Positions 46,401 to 58,300 of a stretch of DNA of 64,000 bases are shown here, piece by piece. How positions within the stretch are numbered: the first letter of the stretch is position 1; each line of letters starts with the position of its first letter. The stretch covers positions 1 through 64,000 of the IMG/VR virus record IMGVR_UViG_3300008952_000003. One strand, written 5' to 3'. The stretch comes from a virus. Made by a program: the position numbers and the translations under genes. The notes beneath the pieces are model-generated. The model was not told the origin of the DNA. It did no database searches and was given only the letters and a program-made list of their open reading frames with translations.

Positions 46401-48579
46401 GGTTGATGAGGAGTTTACATTGTTCGGGAAACCTTCCCTTCCGGATACAATTTCCAATTTAGGAGGAGAAGACGGGACGTTGGTTTCTAGTTCCTTTGAC
46501 ATTTTTCGCTCTTCGCCATATAGGATTAGTAGCTTGTATAGTGGCGAAAATAATTATGATTTGACTCTGCAGTATGAGCTTGGAGAAAATTTGTTTTTCA
46601 ATGGAAGTGATTACAAAGAAGAGAAAGAGGTGGTCGTTAGGTATGAAAAAGACAGCCAAGTTGATGACTTTGTAGGTGATTTCTCCTCCACGAAGCGCTC
46701 ACCTTCGGACATTTTTGGCGATTGGGTGTCTGAGATATGGAGTGATCATCTGGGTGAGGATCTGGACGCCTCCGTAAAAGCAAACGTATTATCCTCCATA
46801 AAAACATATTCCGAAGACTCTCTATATAAGAGTGTTGTTGGATCGATGATTAGAAAGATAACAAAAAGAATGAGAGACAACGAGCGAGCCTGGTCTCCCG
46901 GAAATCCGGCAGACGACGTAGGTAAGCCAGAGAGGATCTTTTTAGACGAAGATGCTTACGGAGAAGAATCCTTCTATATCGACTTCGCCCCGACTTCAGG
47001 ATTTAAAAATTGGGTACAAATTTATACAGAAGTCGCGCAAATGGAGATTCTTGGTGACAAGCCCCCATTGATAGACTTTAGAGATTTAGCATCTAAGAGT
47101 CAAGAATATTTTGATAATATGCCTGATGATCCGAGAATCTCTCTGCCAAATATTCCGAAAATTAAAGAATCGCCATTTTGTAGAATAAACACTCGCCTAA
47201 ATAACGCCGGATTAGCCGGACTGATGAAATCAACTATCAGAGTATATTTATACGAAGCCCTTCTAAAAGGGACGCCAGCATTTCAAATTTACGCGATGGA
47301 TAATGATAACTATCGCGATGTATTTGTCTCCTATATTGTCGACAAGGTGCTGGAAGGGGTCCTGGATGAGAGTAGGAAATCCACAAAACTTATTCCAGGA
47401 ACTCTAGGAAAGAAGGGGTATTATTACTTATTTCTGGAACAAGTTGTTCAAAGTTATTCAAACTTAACCAATCTTGGCCTAGAGGAGCTAGATGTTGACA
47501 CGGAGAAATCTCTAGAATCCATAAAGAAGAGTTTAAAATTCTGGGATCCATCGGGAAATCGCAACAATAAATTCAAAGAATTTCTTGATGAAAGATTGCC
47601 AGATATAAAAACAATAATATCGAAAATGGTGAAAGAAGAGATGGAAGTCGTCTTCACCAAAACTGAAAATATTTATGATCCAAAAGTCAAAAACATTGTT
47701 TCAGATATGGTCATAAAAGAGGATTGGATTTTTGGATCGGTAGATACTGGGGTGCCTATTTTCGTACCATCTTCTACTACCGATGACTATCTTGGCGATT
47801 TGGATTTTATTTTCGAGACAGATGAGAAGAAAAATGAAGAAAAAAGTAAATATTTTTATCCATTTGTTCTGGAAAAATATGTAAAATTGGTCAACAAGGA
47901 GACCGGAACAACAACAATAGAGAGTCCGTCAACCATCAATCCCCTAGAGATAGACAAGTTTGATACCTTTGCAGGCACTCGCATTTCGATGGTGATGTCG
48001 GCTGACTTCTCTTCGATTTTTGAAATATCTGAAATCGCACCACTCAATACTATACTCTCTTCAAAATTTGATAAGATAAAATCATTTATCATTGAGGGGA
48101 AAAAGCAAACATACTACGTCTTTCCTATGGTATTTGAGGAGCAAGCCGCTACCCTGGACGACCTCGCTAATCAGGATTTATATGAGGAATTGGCAAAGAA
48201 GATGCGAAACAATAGCGAGTTTAAGACTTTGTTCGAAAAATGCTTTCCAATCTCTGATATCTTGACTTACTTGACTATTTATGTAATAGAAAACTTCATC
48301 GAATCTTTAACCCCCAGAGACACTATCTTTCCATCTGCTTTTGGCCTTTGGAACGGAGAGGTCCTGGAGATGAGCAAGAAATATCTTAAATCAACGTCGC
48401 AACAGTTTTATTATGGAAGAACTTCTGAGTTTATTGAACAAATATCTGCCGAAGTGAAGCCTGACAAGAAGATTGGATCTGGAATTACTGGGGGAATTAT
48501 GAAATCAGCACTCAACGAACTTGGTCTTACGAGAAAAGAAAAAAGAAATTTAAGACAAAAGCCAGATGATTTAGAATAA
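43429..48579 (+). CDS. large hypothetical structural protein (1716 aa)
   Basis: Uninterrupted ORF embedded in the baseplate module; no motif recognised. Confidence 0.85.
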   Translation: MPISDKNKKTQKKKNPNAAIPDWTKMCDKAAFFNERDNEYSVVIFADEEAEDEILSSALFELYDQEGLTKKITASDVKKYISNKDIEIKDIFVPTKNNQSKKILCSIPFKKYQKISEQLGKKDKTVPESDRAFQEEEENSGYFVEISRQDYDKYFNGLENILTKVGKDYEFAYRAGKYNVPNLRFLSEIKKLKIFKKQLGDFLKDNDVSMKDKSLDKIGLLYKSDPKETYSNLGSIWFKNKTQPWEKTEKGFKAFSTKSPANDKTTLAFVLNMPNINRKYSSENSPPFSQFIEDYVYPSRNPKDTSSPTLSSNNNAGYQQTTPGNEVKGYLTNFGQSFNESISPEFDTGYTWEQKKKLDKTLNDPAVLRRRTQDSLNRVIKTVDPIVDKIQDALEMAEDLDDLYTNILNPLGTEGLAALLSEGILKKIKSLPLDKVMKQTVSSILAVIPDEQLYEIYSSTIGGDFLSDIAKQIEEIFVDIAWPELHPDLPIPNIDDLEIPSLVRNGIFDPLSLPADVCLGIPGLQKNKDFERIKKTFVHIVERDLVPPGDFVDLIEKTGTAADKDVIKKIFKFNLNLNPNSSISRSSRASSGPSTDSSRGRASSRRGGTRSKNNTDSIDTKSHYIKNRTRKKAKLNDVTLPYIPEIPSLSLGDFGKIAINIAESKLEKISMKIIKVLLKKVLSAIFGGANGASPDDIVGAKHDKVKNILKRDLTRPGASDKEVNESINKLLGSFSIWDPTKKKPTDKDVGDFIDSISMSLSNQQIIDLFSGTANNEALCQVRQSINSLPNSNIADSLSSDGDIDNMFSSLGTLIDRNALQAQEDIDSVLNSPRITTDLCSLPSQIEVANRLKAAALANKGLSPDEINNQLQKAEDLALEDLGDLVKALASPENLLANLGDIPIKQTPEGPVVSPISSDPRNPDDGLYPMEDESTSKAISDTYENLYNSMNTIAISDMTVGNPSNITSRGFLDMVLASKKGRPFSKIADDLMVDEEFTLFGKPSLPDTISNLGGEDGTLVSSSFDIFRSSPYRISSLYSGENNYDLTLQYELGENLFFNGSDYKEEKEVVVRYEKDSQVDDFVGDFSSTKRSPSDIFGDWVSEIWSDHLGEDLDASVKANVLSSIKTYSEDSLYKSVVGSMIRKITKRMRDNERAWSPGNPADDVGKPERIFLDEDAYGEESFYIDFAPTSGFKNWVQIYTEVAQMEILGDKPPLIDFRDLASKSQEYFDNMPDDPRISLPNIPKIKESPFCRINTRLNNAGLAGLMKSTIRVYLYEALLKGTPAFQIYAMDNDNYRDVFVSYIVDKVLEGVLDESRKSTKLIPGTLGKKGYYYLFLEQVVQSYSNLTNLGLEELDVDTEKSLESIKKSLKFWDPSGNRNNKFKEFLDERLPDIKTIISKMVKEEMEVVFTKTENIYDPKVKNIVSDMVIKEDWIFGSVDTGVPIFVPSSTTDDYLGDLDFIFETDEKKNEEKSKYFYPFVLEKYVKLVNKETGTTTIESPSTINPLEIDKFDTFAGTRISMVMSADFSSIFEISEIAPLNTILSSKFDKIKSFIIEGKKQTYYVFPMVFEEQAATLDDLANQDLYEELAKKMRNNSEFKTLFEKCFPISDILTYLTIYVIENFIESLTPRDTIFPSAFGLWNGEVLEMSKKYLKSTSQQFYYGRTSEFIEQISAEVKPDKKIGSGITGGIMKSALNELGLTRKEKRNLRQKPDDLE

Positions 48580-48592
48580 GGAAATATAAAAA

Positions 48593-48988
48593 ATGCCAGG
48601 AATATCGCCAAAATTGCCACTCACTATTGATAAGATAGACGGACCCTACAAACTAACGAAAACGGTAGAGGAGGCGATGGTTCAGAATTTGAAGATGATA
48701 ATATTGACAAATCCTGGTGAAAGAATGATGGATCCCTTCTTCGGCGTAGGGATTCGAAAGTTCTTGTTCGAACAGGGGACATCGGTTGTATATGGGGATT
48801 TAAGTTCGAGAATCTATGAACAGGTGGCGAAATACTTACCACAAATAAATATAAAAAACATAATATTCAATGAGTCGCCGCTTCTGGCATCCGATGAGAT
48901 GGTCGATAATAACATTTTATCAGTGTCTATTGAGTTCTCCATCAAGCCCGCTGCAAAAGTTAAAACATTAGTCGTTCCAATAACGTAG
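48593..48988 (+). CDS. gp25: baseplate wedge subunit, gp25/GpW family
   Basis: QNLKMIILTNPGERMMDPFFGVGIRKFLFE. Confidence 0.88.
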   Translation: MPGISPKLPLTIDKIDGPYKLTKTVEEAMVQNLKMIILTNPGERMMDPFFGVGIRKFLFEQGTSVVYGDLSSRIYEQVAKYLPQINIKNIIFNESPLLASDEMVDNNILSVSIEFSIKPAAKVKTLVVPIT

Positions 48989-48994
48989 GAGAAA

Positions 48995-49002
48995 CTAATT
49001 AA
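48995..49002 (+). promoter_or_regulatory. putative phage late promoter (CTAATTAA)
   Basis: Motif in the gp25-gp6 intergenic gap. Confidence 0.45.
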
Positions 49003-49018
49003 TATAGGAAAAAAATAA

Positions 49019-50815
49019 ATGGCAAAAAAGAAAACACCAATAAATTATACTAGTAGAGATTTTGAGTCGATAAAGAGAGACTTGGTTAATCATGCCAAAA
49101 GAAGTTACCCTTCTGTATATAGGGACTTTAATGAGGCTAGTTTCGGATCTTTGATGCTTGATACTGTTGCCTATATTGGCGATATAATGTCATTTTATTT
49201 GGATTATCAAGCCAACGAATCCTTTATGGATTCTGCAGTTGAATTCAAGAATGTAACCAGACACGCCAGGCAATACGGATACAAAGATAACGGATATCCA
49301 TCATCAACCGGAATAGTGGAATTGTATTTGACGGTCCCCGCAAATTCTACCGGTCTCGGACCAGACTTGCGATACGCTCCAATCCTAAAGAGGGATGCTG
49401 AGTTTTCTTCTAATGGGGGCGCACCCTATCTTTTGATAGAGGACGTTAATTTTGAGAATCCAAATAACGAAATTATTGTAGCTAAAGTAAATAATTCGAC
49501 AGGTTTGCCTACTTCCTATGCAATAAGGGCAAAAGGACGAGTGATATCTGGAAAAATAGTGGCAGAAAACTTTCAGCTAGGTTCATATCAGAGATTTAGG
49601 AGAGTATTTTTGTCTATGCCAAGAGTAGCAGAAGTTTTGGCCGTTTTCGATGCCGATGGAAATGAGTATTATGAAGTAGAACACCTCTCTCAGGATGTAA
49701 TCTATAAAGACGTGACAAACAGAAAATCAGATAATGACACTGTTCCTTCTTTGATTCGCCCTTTTTCGGTGCCAAGAAGATTCACCCTCGAAAGAGACGG
49801 CATAAGTAGCTTTTTACAGTTTGGGTATGGATCGCAAGATGAAGCATCTTCAGAAACAGATATTGCTGAACCGTCCAACGTAGTTTTGCAGCTAAATGGA
49901 AGAGGGTATATATCAGATTTTAATTTCGATCCCTCCAAACTCTTGGAGACTGATAAGTTTGGAGTCGCTCCGGTGAACACCTCTCTAAATGTAAAATATA
50001 GGATCAACAAGGTTGATAATGTGAACTCTCCTGTTGGAACTTTAGTGAATGTTGGAAGTACAAACTTTTCCTATAGAAATGTCCGCCAACTAAACACAGG
50101 CCTTATTCAACAAGTGAATAAGTCTCTGGAAGTATATAATCCGACACCTATCGTCGGTGACGTCTCCAATCCAACATCGGAAGAATTAAAGATACGCACC
50201 TTGAATGTTTTTGCAACACAAAACCGCGCCGTCACAAAAACTGATTACGAATCTATGGTTTATGCAATGCCAGCAAAGTTCGGAGCAATCAAGAGATGCA
50301 AGATAACAAGAGACCCAGATTCATTTAAGAGGAATCTAAATTTATATATTCTGGCAGAAGACTCAAATGGGAACTTGACTATGGCGAACTCCACACTAAA
50401 GGATAATCTCAAAGTGTGGCTAAATAATATTAAAATGATAAATGATACTATTGACATCATCGATGGAAAAATAGTAAATCTAGCTATTGATTTCAAGGTT
50501 ATCGCAGACCCAGATAAGAACAAATATGATGTTTTGACCGCCTGTGTCAACGCTCTTAAGAAGAAATTTAATCAGCCGCTCTTATTGGGAGAGTCATTTT
50601 ACATCACAGATATTTATAATATCCTAAATGATGTAGTCGGGGTTGTTGACACACAGGGTGCCAAGGTTACTATCAAAAATGGGGCACTGTATTCGGATAC
50701 TCGCTTTAATCTAAACGATCAGAAGTCCGCAGACGGAAGATATATAAAAGCCCCAGACAATGTTTCTTTTGAAATCAAGTTTGCTGATAAAGATATTAAA
50801 GGGACTATTAAATAA
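49019..50815 (+). CDS. gp6: baseplate wedge subunit, T4 gp6-like
   Basis: INYTSRDFESIK...DFNEAS.G.LMLD..AYIGD..SFYLDYQANESF; QNRAVTKTDY. Confidence 0.85.
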   Translation: MAKKKTPINYTSRDFESIKRDLVNHAKRSYPSVYRDFNEASFGSLMLDTVAYIGDIMSFYLDYQANESFMDSAVEFKNVTRHARQYGYKDNGYPSSTGIVELYLTVPANSTGLGPDLRYAPILKRDAEFSSNGGAPYLLIEDVNFENPNNEIIVAKVNNSTGLPTSYAIRAKGRVISGKIVAENFQLGSYQRFRRVFLSMPRVAEVLAVFDADGNEYYEVEHLSQDVIYKDVTNRKSDNDTVPSLIRPFSVPRRFTLERDGISSFLQFGYGSQDEASSETDIAEPSNVVLQLNGRGYISDFNFDPSKLLETDKFGVAPVNTSLNVKYRINKVDNVNSPVGTLVNVGSTNFSYRNVRQLNTGLIQQVNKSLEVYNPTPIVGDVSNPTSEELKIRTLNVFATQNRAVTKTDYESMVYAMPAKFGAIKRCKITRDPDSFKRNLNLYILAEDSNGNLTMANSTLKDNLKVWLNNIKMINDTIDIIDGKIVNLAIDFKVIADPDKNKYDVLTACVNALKKKFNQPLLLGESFYITDIYNILNDVVGVVDTQGAKVTIKNGALYSDTRFNLNDQKSADGRYIKAPDNVSFEIKFADKDIKGTIK

Positions 50816-52305
50816 TGAGTATTAAAAGATATGTTGCGAACGCAGACAATACGATTACTAGCGCATTTAAATCAAATTTGAGGAATCGCGGCACTGATGC
50901 AAACATGGGCGCCTCCGATGTCCTAGAAACTTTCTCCATTTATGGGCAGGCCTCATCGGACTCAACGGAATTAACCAGGATTTTGATAAATTTTCCAGTA
51001 AACAAAATCTCAGCAGATCGATCGGCAGGAATAATTCCCGAAGTTGGAAATGTAAACTTTTATCTGAAAATGCACAACGCCGAACACAGTCAAACGACCC
51101 CCAGGGACTTGATTTTGAATGTTCAGGCAGTCTCTAGATCCTGGCAGGAAGGAACTGGCCTGGATATGGATGAGTACAAAGATGTTGTAGAGCCCGGAGA
51201 TATTGGATCCACATGGATGAGTGCTTCCAGCACAGAAGCCTGGACCAGGACTGGGGGAGATTATCATATTACGCCCGCATATCAACAAACATTCGATAAT
51301 GGAACAGAAGATCTCAGCATTGATATCACATCTGTTGTCGAAGAGTGGCTCGACGGCACAAAAGGCAGGTATGGCCTGGGTGTACACATCACTTCCAGCC
51401 AGGAGGCATACTACTCTGGATCCGCTGGGTCAGATTCTACTGACGGGGAATTAAATAATTTAGTAGGATCCAGAACAAGTTATTATACAAAGAAATTTTT
51501 TGGCAGAGGATCCGAGTTCTTTTTCAAGAGGCCGACAATTGAGGCTCGTTGGGACAGTTCGATCAAAGACGACAGAGGGAATTTCTTCGCCAGTAGTTCA
51601 TTATTGCCAGCAGGCGAAAATATAAGATCTCTATTCCTCTATAACGAGTTCAATGGCAGGCTTTTTGATTTGCCAGGACTCCCTACAGATACAGCGAGCG
51701 TGCGGCTATATACGACCGTGGGTGGCACTGAACAAATCGGCGCCGATATATCGGCCCCAAAGATATCAAGAGGGATATACGAAGCCTCCTTTGCAGTAGA
51801 CACTACTGCTAGTGTTTTGTATGATAGATGGTTCAACCCCACATTCACCGAGTGTTATCACACGGGAGCAGTGAAGATAAAGCAGCACAAGGCACACAAC
51901 TATAACCCATATCCAGCATATGTTACAAATATCACGAATTTAAGACCAATATACTACACACACGAAGCGCCAAGATTCAGGCTTTATGTGAGAGAAAAAG
52001 AATGGTGCCCAACTATTTATACAATAGCAAACAAGGCTAATGACACTCTCACCATTCAGAGCGCTTCCTATCAGATTCACAGGAATATAGATGATCTCAT
52101 AATCATCCCTTTCGGGACTGGAAGTGAAAAGAGCACAGGAATGTCCTTTGATGTGAGTGGGAATTATTTTGACTTAAGCATGGACCTTTTTGAACCTGGA
52201 TATTCATATGCAATAAAGGTTGCTTATTATAGCGACACAGTACAGAGTCACATTGAACAACCTTATGAGTGGAAATTTAGAGTAGAAAATCTGGAAACAC
52301 AATGA
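50815..52305 (+). CDS. structural protein with DNRLRE-like domain
   Basis: RYVANADNTI...TRILINF...FYLKMH...SRSWQEGTG...IDITSVVEEW...FFKRPTIEARWD. Confidence 0.6.
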   Translation: MSIKRYVANADNTITSAFKSNLRNRGTDANMGASDVLETFSIYGQASSDSTELTRILINFPVNKISADRSAGIIPEVGNVNFYLKMHNAEHSQTTPRDLILNVQAVSRSWQEGTGLDMDEYKDVVEPGDIGSTWMSASSTEAWTRTGGDYHITPAYQQTFDNGTEDLSIDITSVVEEWLDGTKGRYGLGVHITSSQEAYYSGSAGSDSTDGELNNLVGSRTSYYTKKFFGRGSEFFFKRPTIEARWDSSIKDDRGNFFASSSLLPAGENIRSLFLYNEFNGRLFDLPGLPTDTASVRLYTTVGGTEQIGADISAPKISRGIYEASFAVDTTASVLYDRWFNPTFTECYHTGAVKIKQHKAHNYNPYPAYVTNITNLRPIYYTHEAPRFRLYVREKEWCPTIYTIANKANDTLTIQSASYQIHRNIDDLIIIPFGTGSEKSTGMSFDVSGNYFDLSMDLFEPGYSYAIKVAYYSDTVQSHIEQPYEWKFRVENLETQ

Positions 52306-55300
52306 CAATAAGAGATCTTTTCGATAGCGCAAATTCTTATAAAATCTTATCTAATGAAAATCTTGAAAATCTCGGAGCGAATGTTGAATCTTCGGGAAAC
52401 ATGCAACAAAGATTGGAAGAAAAAGATAGATTCGTTCCAATAGTAAATTTTAGATATCCTGAAAACTTTGCTAGATACGGGAAAGCAGAAAAATATTATA
52501 AAGATTCTCTTAGTAGGATTTATAATGATTATCCATATGATGGATCACTAAAAGAGCGAGCCCAGTTTAGAAATGAATCTTCCTATCTGGACCTCTATCT
52601 TTTAGATAACAAGTATCCGAGATCGACAGGTTATTCGATCTTTTCTCCAAATGGCTGGGGAACACAAGTAGACTCCGCTTCTTTCGGCGGCGATCCGACA
52701 AACATCATCGCCAAACCGAGCACTTTAGAATATATTCAGGTAATCGGCGGGCCCCACGAATCACCATCTGAATTCATAAGTAGTTCTCTGAGAAGCCAGT
52801 TTGAACATGCGAATAAGTATGATTCTTCAACCCACCGCGAATCAAATTTAAAATGTGATTTTGACGAAGGCGTTTCAATTGAATTTTGGATGAAAAAATC
52901 CACCTTGATGACCGGAAGTACCTCTTTCGAGGTCCCAGCTATGCTATCAAACGAAGATAGTGGATCAGTTCAGATATTGTTGTCGACCAGAGACGCTGCC
53001 GACCCCACACAAACCAGATTTACAACCGTATTCACATCTGGCTCAATCGTCGGCTTCGATGATACCGCTCCGCTAACAAACACAGAGATCCTAGACGATA
53101 AATGGCATCATTATGCATTCACTTTTCAGAATTCTGCAAGCGTCGTTGAAATAAAAACTTACTACGATGGGGCCTTGGTCCAACAAGCACCTGCGTCTTA
53201 TCCGCTAGGCGTCCCATCGACTATTAGTGAGATTACCGGCGCCCTAAAATTAAACGTCGGAGCCTCCAGGAAGGCTTTATATAACTTGGCGCCCGGCGTA
53301 AATGTAGACTGGCCAGAAGATGGCTGGGGAAAACTCTCTGGGTCACTCGATGAATTCCGCTACTGGAAAACAGCAAGGACATCGGAAGAAATAGGAAAAT
53401 ATTGGTTCACACAGTATGGTGGAGGAACAAACAGGGATGATGCTAATGTGGACTTGGGCGTCTATTTGAAGTGGAACGAGGGGATAACCGGAATCAACTC
53501 TATCGACTCGACGGCGCTTGACTATTCTGGGAGGATATCCAACGGAAGTTGGACAGGATACACTCCAGAGGCCCGATCCACTGGCTCTGCCATGGACGAA
53601 TACCTGAAAAAAGAGAGTGAATTTAGAGATCCAATAATATATTCGTTTCACCCAAGGGTAGTAAGTCTTGAAAATTCACTAATAGAGTCAGGCTCAGCAT
53701 ATGATTTAGAGAATAACGCTTCAATATATAATTCGATTCCATCGTGGATTACAGAAGATGACGAAATAGGATCCGAGGACGTATTAAATCTCACACAGAT
53801 ATTAGCAAGCTATTTCGATACTCTGCAGTTGCAAATGGAAGCACTCCCTGCCCTAAAAGATAAAACATATAATGATCCAAATATAATAAAGCCAAAAACA
53901 TTTAGCAGCCGCCTATTAGAATCTCAGGGTTTCATAGCGCCAGAGATCTTTGCCGATGTTGATGCATTGGCCCAAATAATGAACCGCGATGACGACAGGA
54001 AATATGAACTAGATCTGACAGATATTAAAAATACGATATATCAGAATGTTTACAATAACTTGATCAACATATATAAATCGAAGGGAACTGAAAAGGGTTT
54101 TAGAAATATTGTTCGATGCTTCGGCGTTGATGACGAGCTAATACGATTAAATATTTATGGAAATAATGTAAGCTATGACTTAAAAGATAACTATAGAACG
54201 ACCACTCTGAAAAAGAGATATGCAGATTTTAATCACACTGATAGATTTTCAGCCACTGTCTATCAACAAACAGCTAGCGGAAATCCAAATACAGTTTCAT
54301 TTATTAGTGCCTCTTCTGATAGTGAATATGTTCCCTTTACGTTAGAGGCTGAAGTGATCTTTCCCAAGAAGTTGGGAAAGGATAATCCTCTCTATTTTGA
54401 TACCCCATTTTTATCTTCTTCTCTTTTTGGATTCCACGGCGGCATCGATGATATAAATTTTGCATGGCCCCCACTAGCAGACGATAGAAACTTACAGGTA
54501 TACGCTGTTCGAGAAGAGTTGGAGTCTAAAAATGTATTCTTCCAACTTAGAAATAGAGATGCATCAATCAATTTAACGACTGACATATTTGAGGATGTAT
54601 ATGATAATCAAAAATGGAATTTCGCCCTAAGATACAGATTTCCAGTCACGGGGGTAGATTTGGTCAGCGGCTCCGATACTGCAACACCAATCGTGGAGCT
54701 TTATGGGGTAAATTCTGATGCTGGTATAGTAAGTAACGAATTCCTCCTGACAGCCTCAGTCGCTAGTTCTTTCGGGACTTCCCCAAAGAGGATATACCTG
54801 GGAGGACATAGGCTCAATTTTACTGGGTCGATTATCGATCATGCTGACACAAAAATATCATCTTTGAGGTACTGGACGAGTTATCTAGATAATGATGTTA
54901 TCAAAGTTCACGCACGAGATCCTTCAAACTATGGCACCAAGTCCCCATACGAGAGTACATATTTATATATTACATCGCTGACCGGAGTCGCAGTCCCCCA
55001 GGCAGAAACACTAGCTTTGAACTGGGATTTCTCAACAGTAACTTCATCGGATGGCGGAATATCTGGAGTCCCAACCATATCAGATGCTGGATACACGGTG
55101 CAGGATTTCTCTTCTGGGTCTCTGAATCTGATCGATCGATACAAGTGGCTTGGAAATATAGTAAAAAGACAACATACTGGTCGAGGAGATTTCCTCCTCC
55201 CAGATGACAAAAAGGTTGTAGATGTAAAATATGTATACAGCGGAAAACAAGTCGCCCCAGAAGTTATTCAGTCTTCTGATGCGATCAGTGTTCTTGGCGA

Positions 55301-58300
55301 ATCTGACATATATTTTAATAGAGATACTCGCCCCGTAAACTTCTTTTACGCACTTGAGAAAAGCATGTATCAGACAATCTCTGATGAGATGTTGAATATT
55401 TTCTCTACAATCGTTGATTTTAATAACCTAATTGGAGATCCAGTTAACAGATATCGACAAAAATACAAATCCATGGAAAAATTGAGACAACTCTTTTTTG
55501 AAAGAGTTCAAAATACTCCGGATTTAGATAAATATGTCGAATTCTATAAGTGGATAGATGCCTCTCTAAACATAATGCTTCAGCAGCTTGTGCCAATGTC
55601 TGCAGATGTCTCGAAAGAGATCAGAACTATGATAGAGAGCCACATTCTTGAGAGAAATAAATATTGGACAAAATTCCCAACTCTAGAGATGGTGCCGACC
55701 GACCCGGAATCAGGGGCCAAGGGAATAAATGAGCTATTATATGATTGGAAAAGAGGCCACCACCCAGTAAACAATCAGCAAGATACGAATTGTCCATGGT
55801 GGAAGCAGAGAGCAGATAGGGTTGGCGATACGATCGCCTCTCCGGTCATATCTTCTGGCGACCCAAAGGTTGACGCCGGAAGGCAAAAGATACTTGACGT
55901 ATCAGTGAGTGCCCTTAACCGATCTTATTCGACCCCCTATAGACTGGGAACCGCCCAATCCAAAGTGCTGAAAGGGGGCTCAAATGTCCCAGGCGCGAAA
56001 AAGCAGAATTTTTTAAGAACTACTTTAAATTTTGGCACCACTAACGGCCTCCTCCTACTTGATGGCCCAAAATATGTTATTGACTGCGTAGAGGATGATG
56101 TATATCAACTAAACTATCGCTCATTTGTGAAAAAGATCCCATTTACTGATGATTATACTACAAATAACTTTAATTTCTTGGCACCCGGCACTCTCGTCGG
56201 ATTCCCAGATAAAGGATCAGTACCAACGGCAGATTATCACCAGGATTCGTATGGTCCAGATATAGAGGTGCCCGCTCAGAGCCCCTTTACGGAGGCCCAC
56301 GTTGGAGGTTTGCAATTCCGACACGCTCCAGCAAATGACGGGCTTGATGATGCAAATAGTAGGCCCGAAGGGTGGAAGGTGGACTTTAGCCCCAGTGGCG
56401 TAATTCTTACACATCCAGATGTTGACAAGCCTCGTGCAATGTATTATCGCGACGAGACAGCGAAAAGACCGCTAAATATCAGAAATATCAAGGGCTCATA
56501 TGGAAATTACACGAAAGATCACCAAGTTGTTCAATCTGCTGGTAGGTATATCAACAATCATGCATGGGTCCAAGCTGGAGGGTGGGATTTAAATCCTGCT
56601 GGCGCGCCGTCAATTTATGTAGCTGGTCTGATAGATATCCCAAGGATACAAAGAGGAAGACACGAATCTACTATAGTGTCGAGATTTTCAGCTCCAGGTG
56701 GTCCAGAGACCATGGGAGACTCAAATGGTGGCCCCGGATTAGATAGATATTCGGCAGAACTTTCATTCAATAACGACCTAAACGCCAGAAACTACACAGT
56801 TAGGAGCATAGAAAACAAGCTTTTGACATCTCACGTCAATCAATTCGGATATTTTTCGAATACTGGAGATATTGTTGATGGACCCTCATCTTCGGTTAAT
56901 CCACTAGACTATTCTGGGACTGGATCAATATATCAAGTCAATAGGAATATAAGAAGAAGACTAGAATTAAGCGGAACTGCTGTAATAACTGGATCACTTT
57001 ATGACAATTATTGGGTAAATCACCCAATCCCGCAAAGTGATTTGCAATATGCGTGGATAAATAGCTCATACGAGTCGGTAGATCCATCTGGGCTTGGATA
57101 CTGGCACGAAGCCATGTTTGAATTTACAACAAGAGAAAAGGTTGTTCTATCTGAGTCATTTACATCAAGCTTGGATCCGACAAAATGGACATCACAATCA
57201 GTCACGATGAGACAGAGTGATGATTCAGATAACTGGATAGCACGAATGGGGACAAACTTGGGAGTTGGATCAGATCCGAGATTGTTGACAACTGCAAAAG
57301 ATTATAATCTTCCTTTTAGGGTCGACTATTCCTATGCAAGGGGAGGCTTTCAGAACCCTACAAGTCGGATGTACCTGGAGTTTGATGGAAATTCTCTGTT
57401 GTATGGTTCTGCAGCCGCAGTTAGTGCGTCTGATGGGAGAAATTCTATTTCATTTTGGCTCAAGTTTCAGGGCCCCATCGGATCCGATAGGAGAATTATG
57501 TGTACTGGAAATTCTCAAGATAAAAGACTATACCTTGATCTTGTCACTCCCACTAACTACAGCCTACGGTACATCCGCCGATTCACTGGCACCGATAAGT
57601 CATTCCGCGTTACTTTGACTGATCTTTATGATTCCGACTATTTTTTAGAAAATTTTGTACATATATGTTTGGTGGATGATGAGAATGATCCTGTATTTGA
57701 GCCAGTGCTTTATGTCGATGGAATGAATGCCACAACTTTTAGTTCACCATCTTTCTTCAGCGCCACAGGAACACCAGAAATCATTCTTCCATCTGAACGG
57801 TTTCATATTGGTGAAAATTTCTTGGGAACTTCCACCGAGGCCTTTTCCGGCTCCATGGACTCAATAAGTTGGTTCAACAAGTTATTAACAGAAGCACAGG
57901 CGCAAGAGTTATACAACAACGGAACACCAGGCGCTGTCCAAAATGTCTCTTTTTGGCCAACTAGCATAACGGCGTCAAATCAAGTTCATTATTGGCAATT
58001 GGGTGATGCAAATAATGACGAAATTCTCCTTGGCGCGCCCCCGGTATCACCGAGCGTTTATGATGTGGGAGAAATCCCAGGCGCTCATGACGAAGACTTG
58101 TATGCCTGGGGTGCGGGAGATATGCAATTCCTGGAATATCCTGGCTACAATATGGCGTCACCTCAAGTGACTAACGATGAAACAATGTCTTTTGAAGTCA
58201 GCTTGGATTCAGGCGCCACCTGGGTAACGGCAAGTGTTCTTGCTGATCTCGGTGATCTCGCCGGAAATAATGTCGGATTTCTCACAAAAAATCGAACTTT

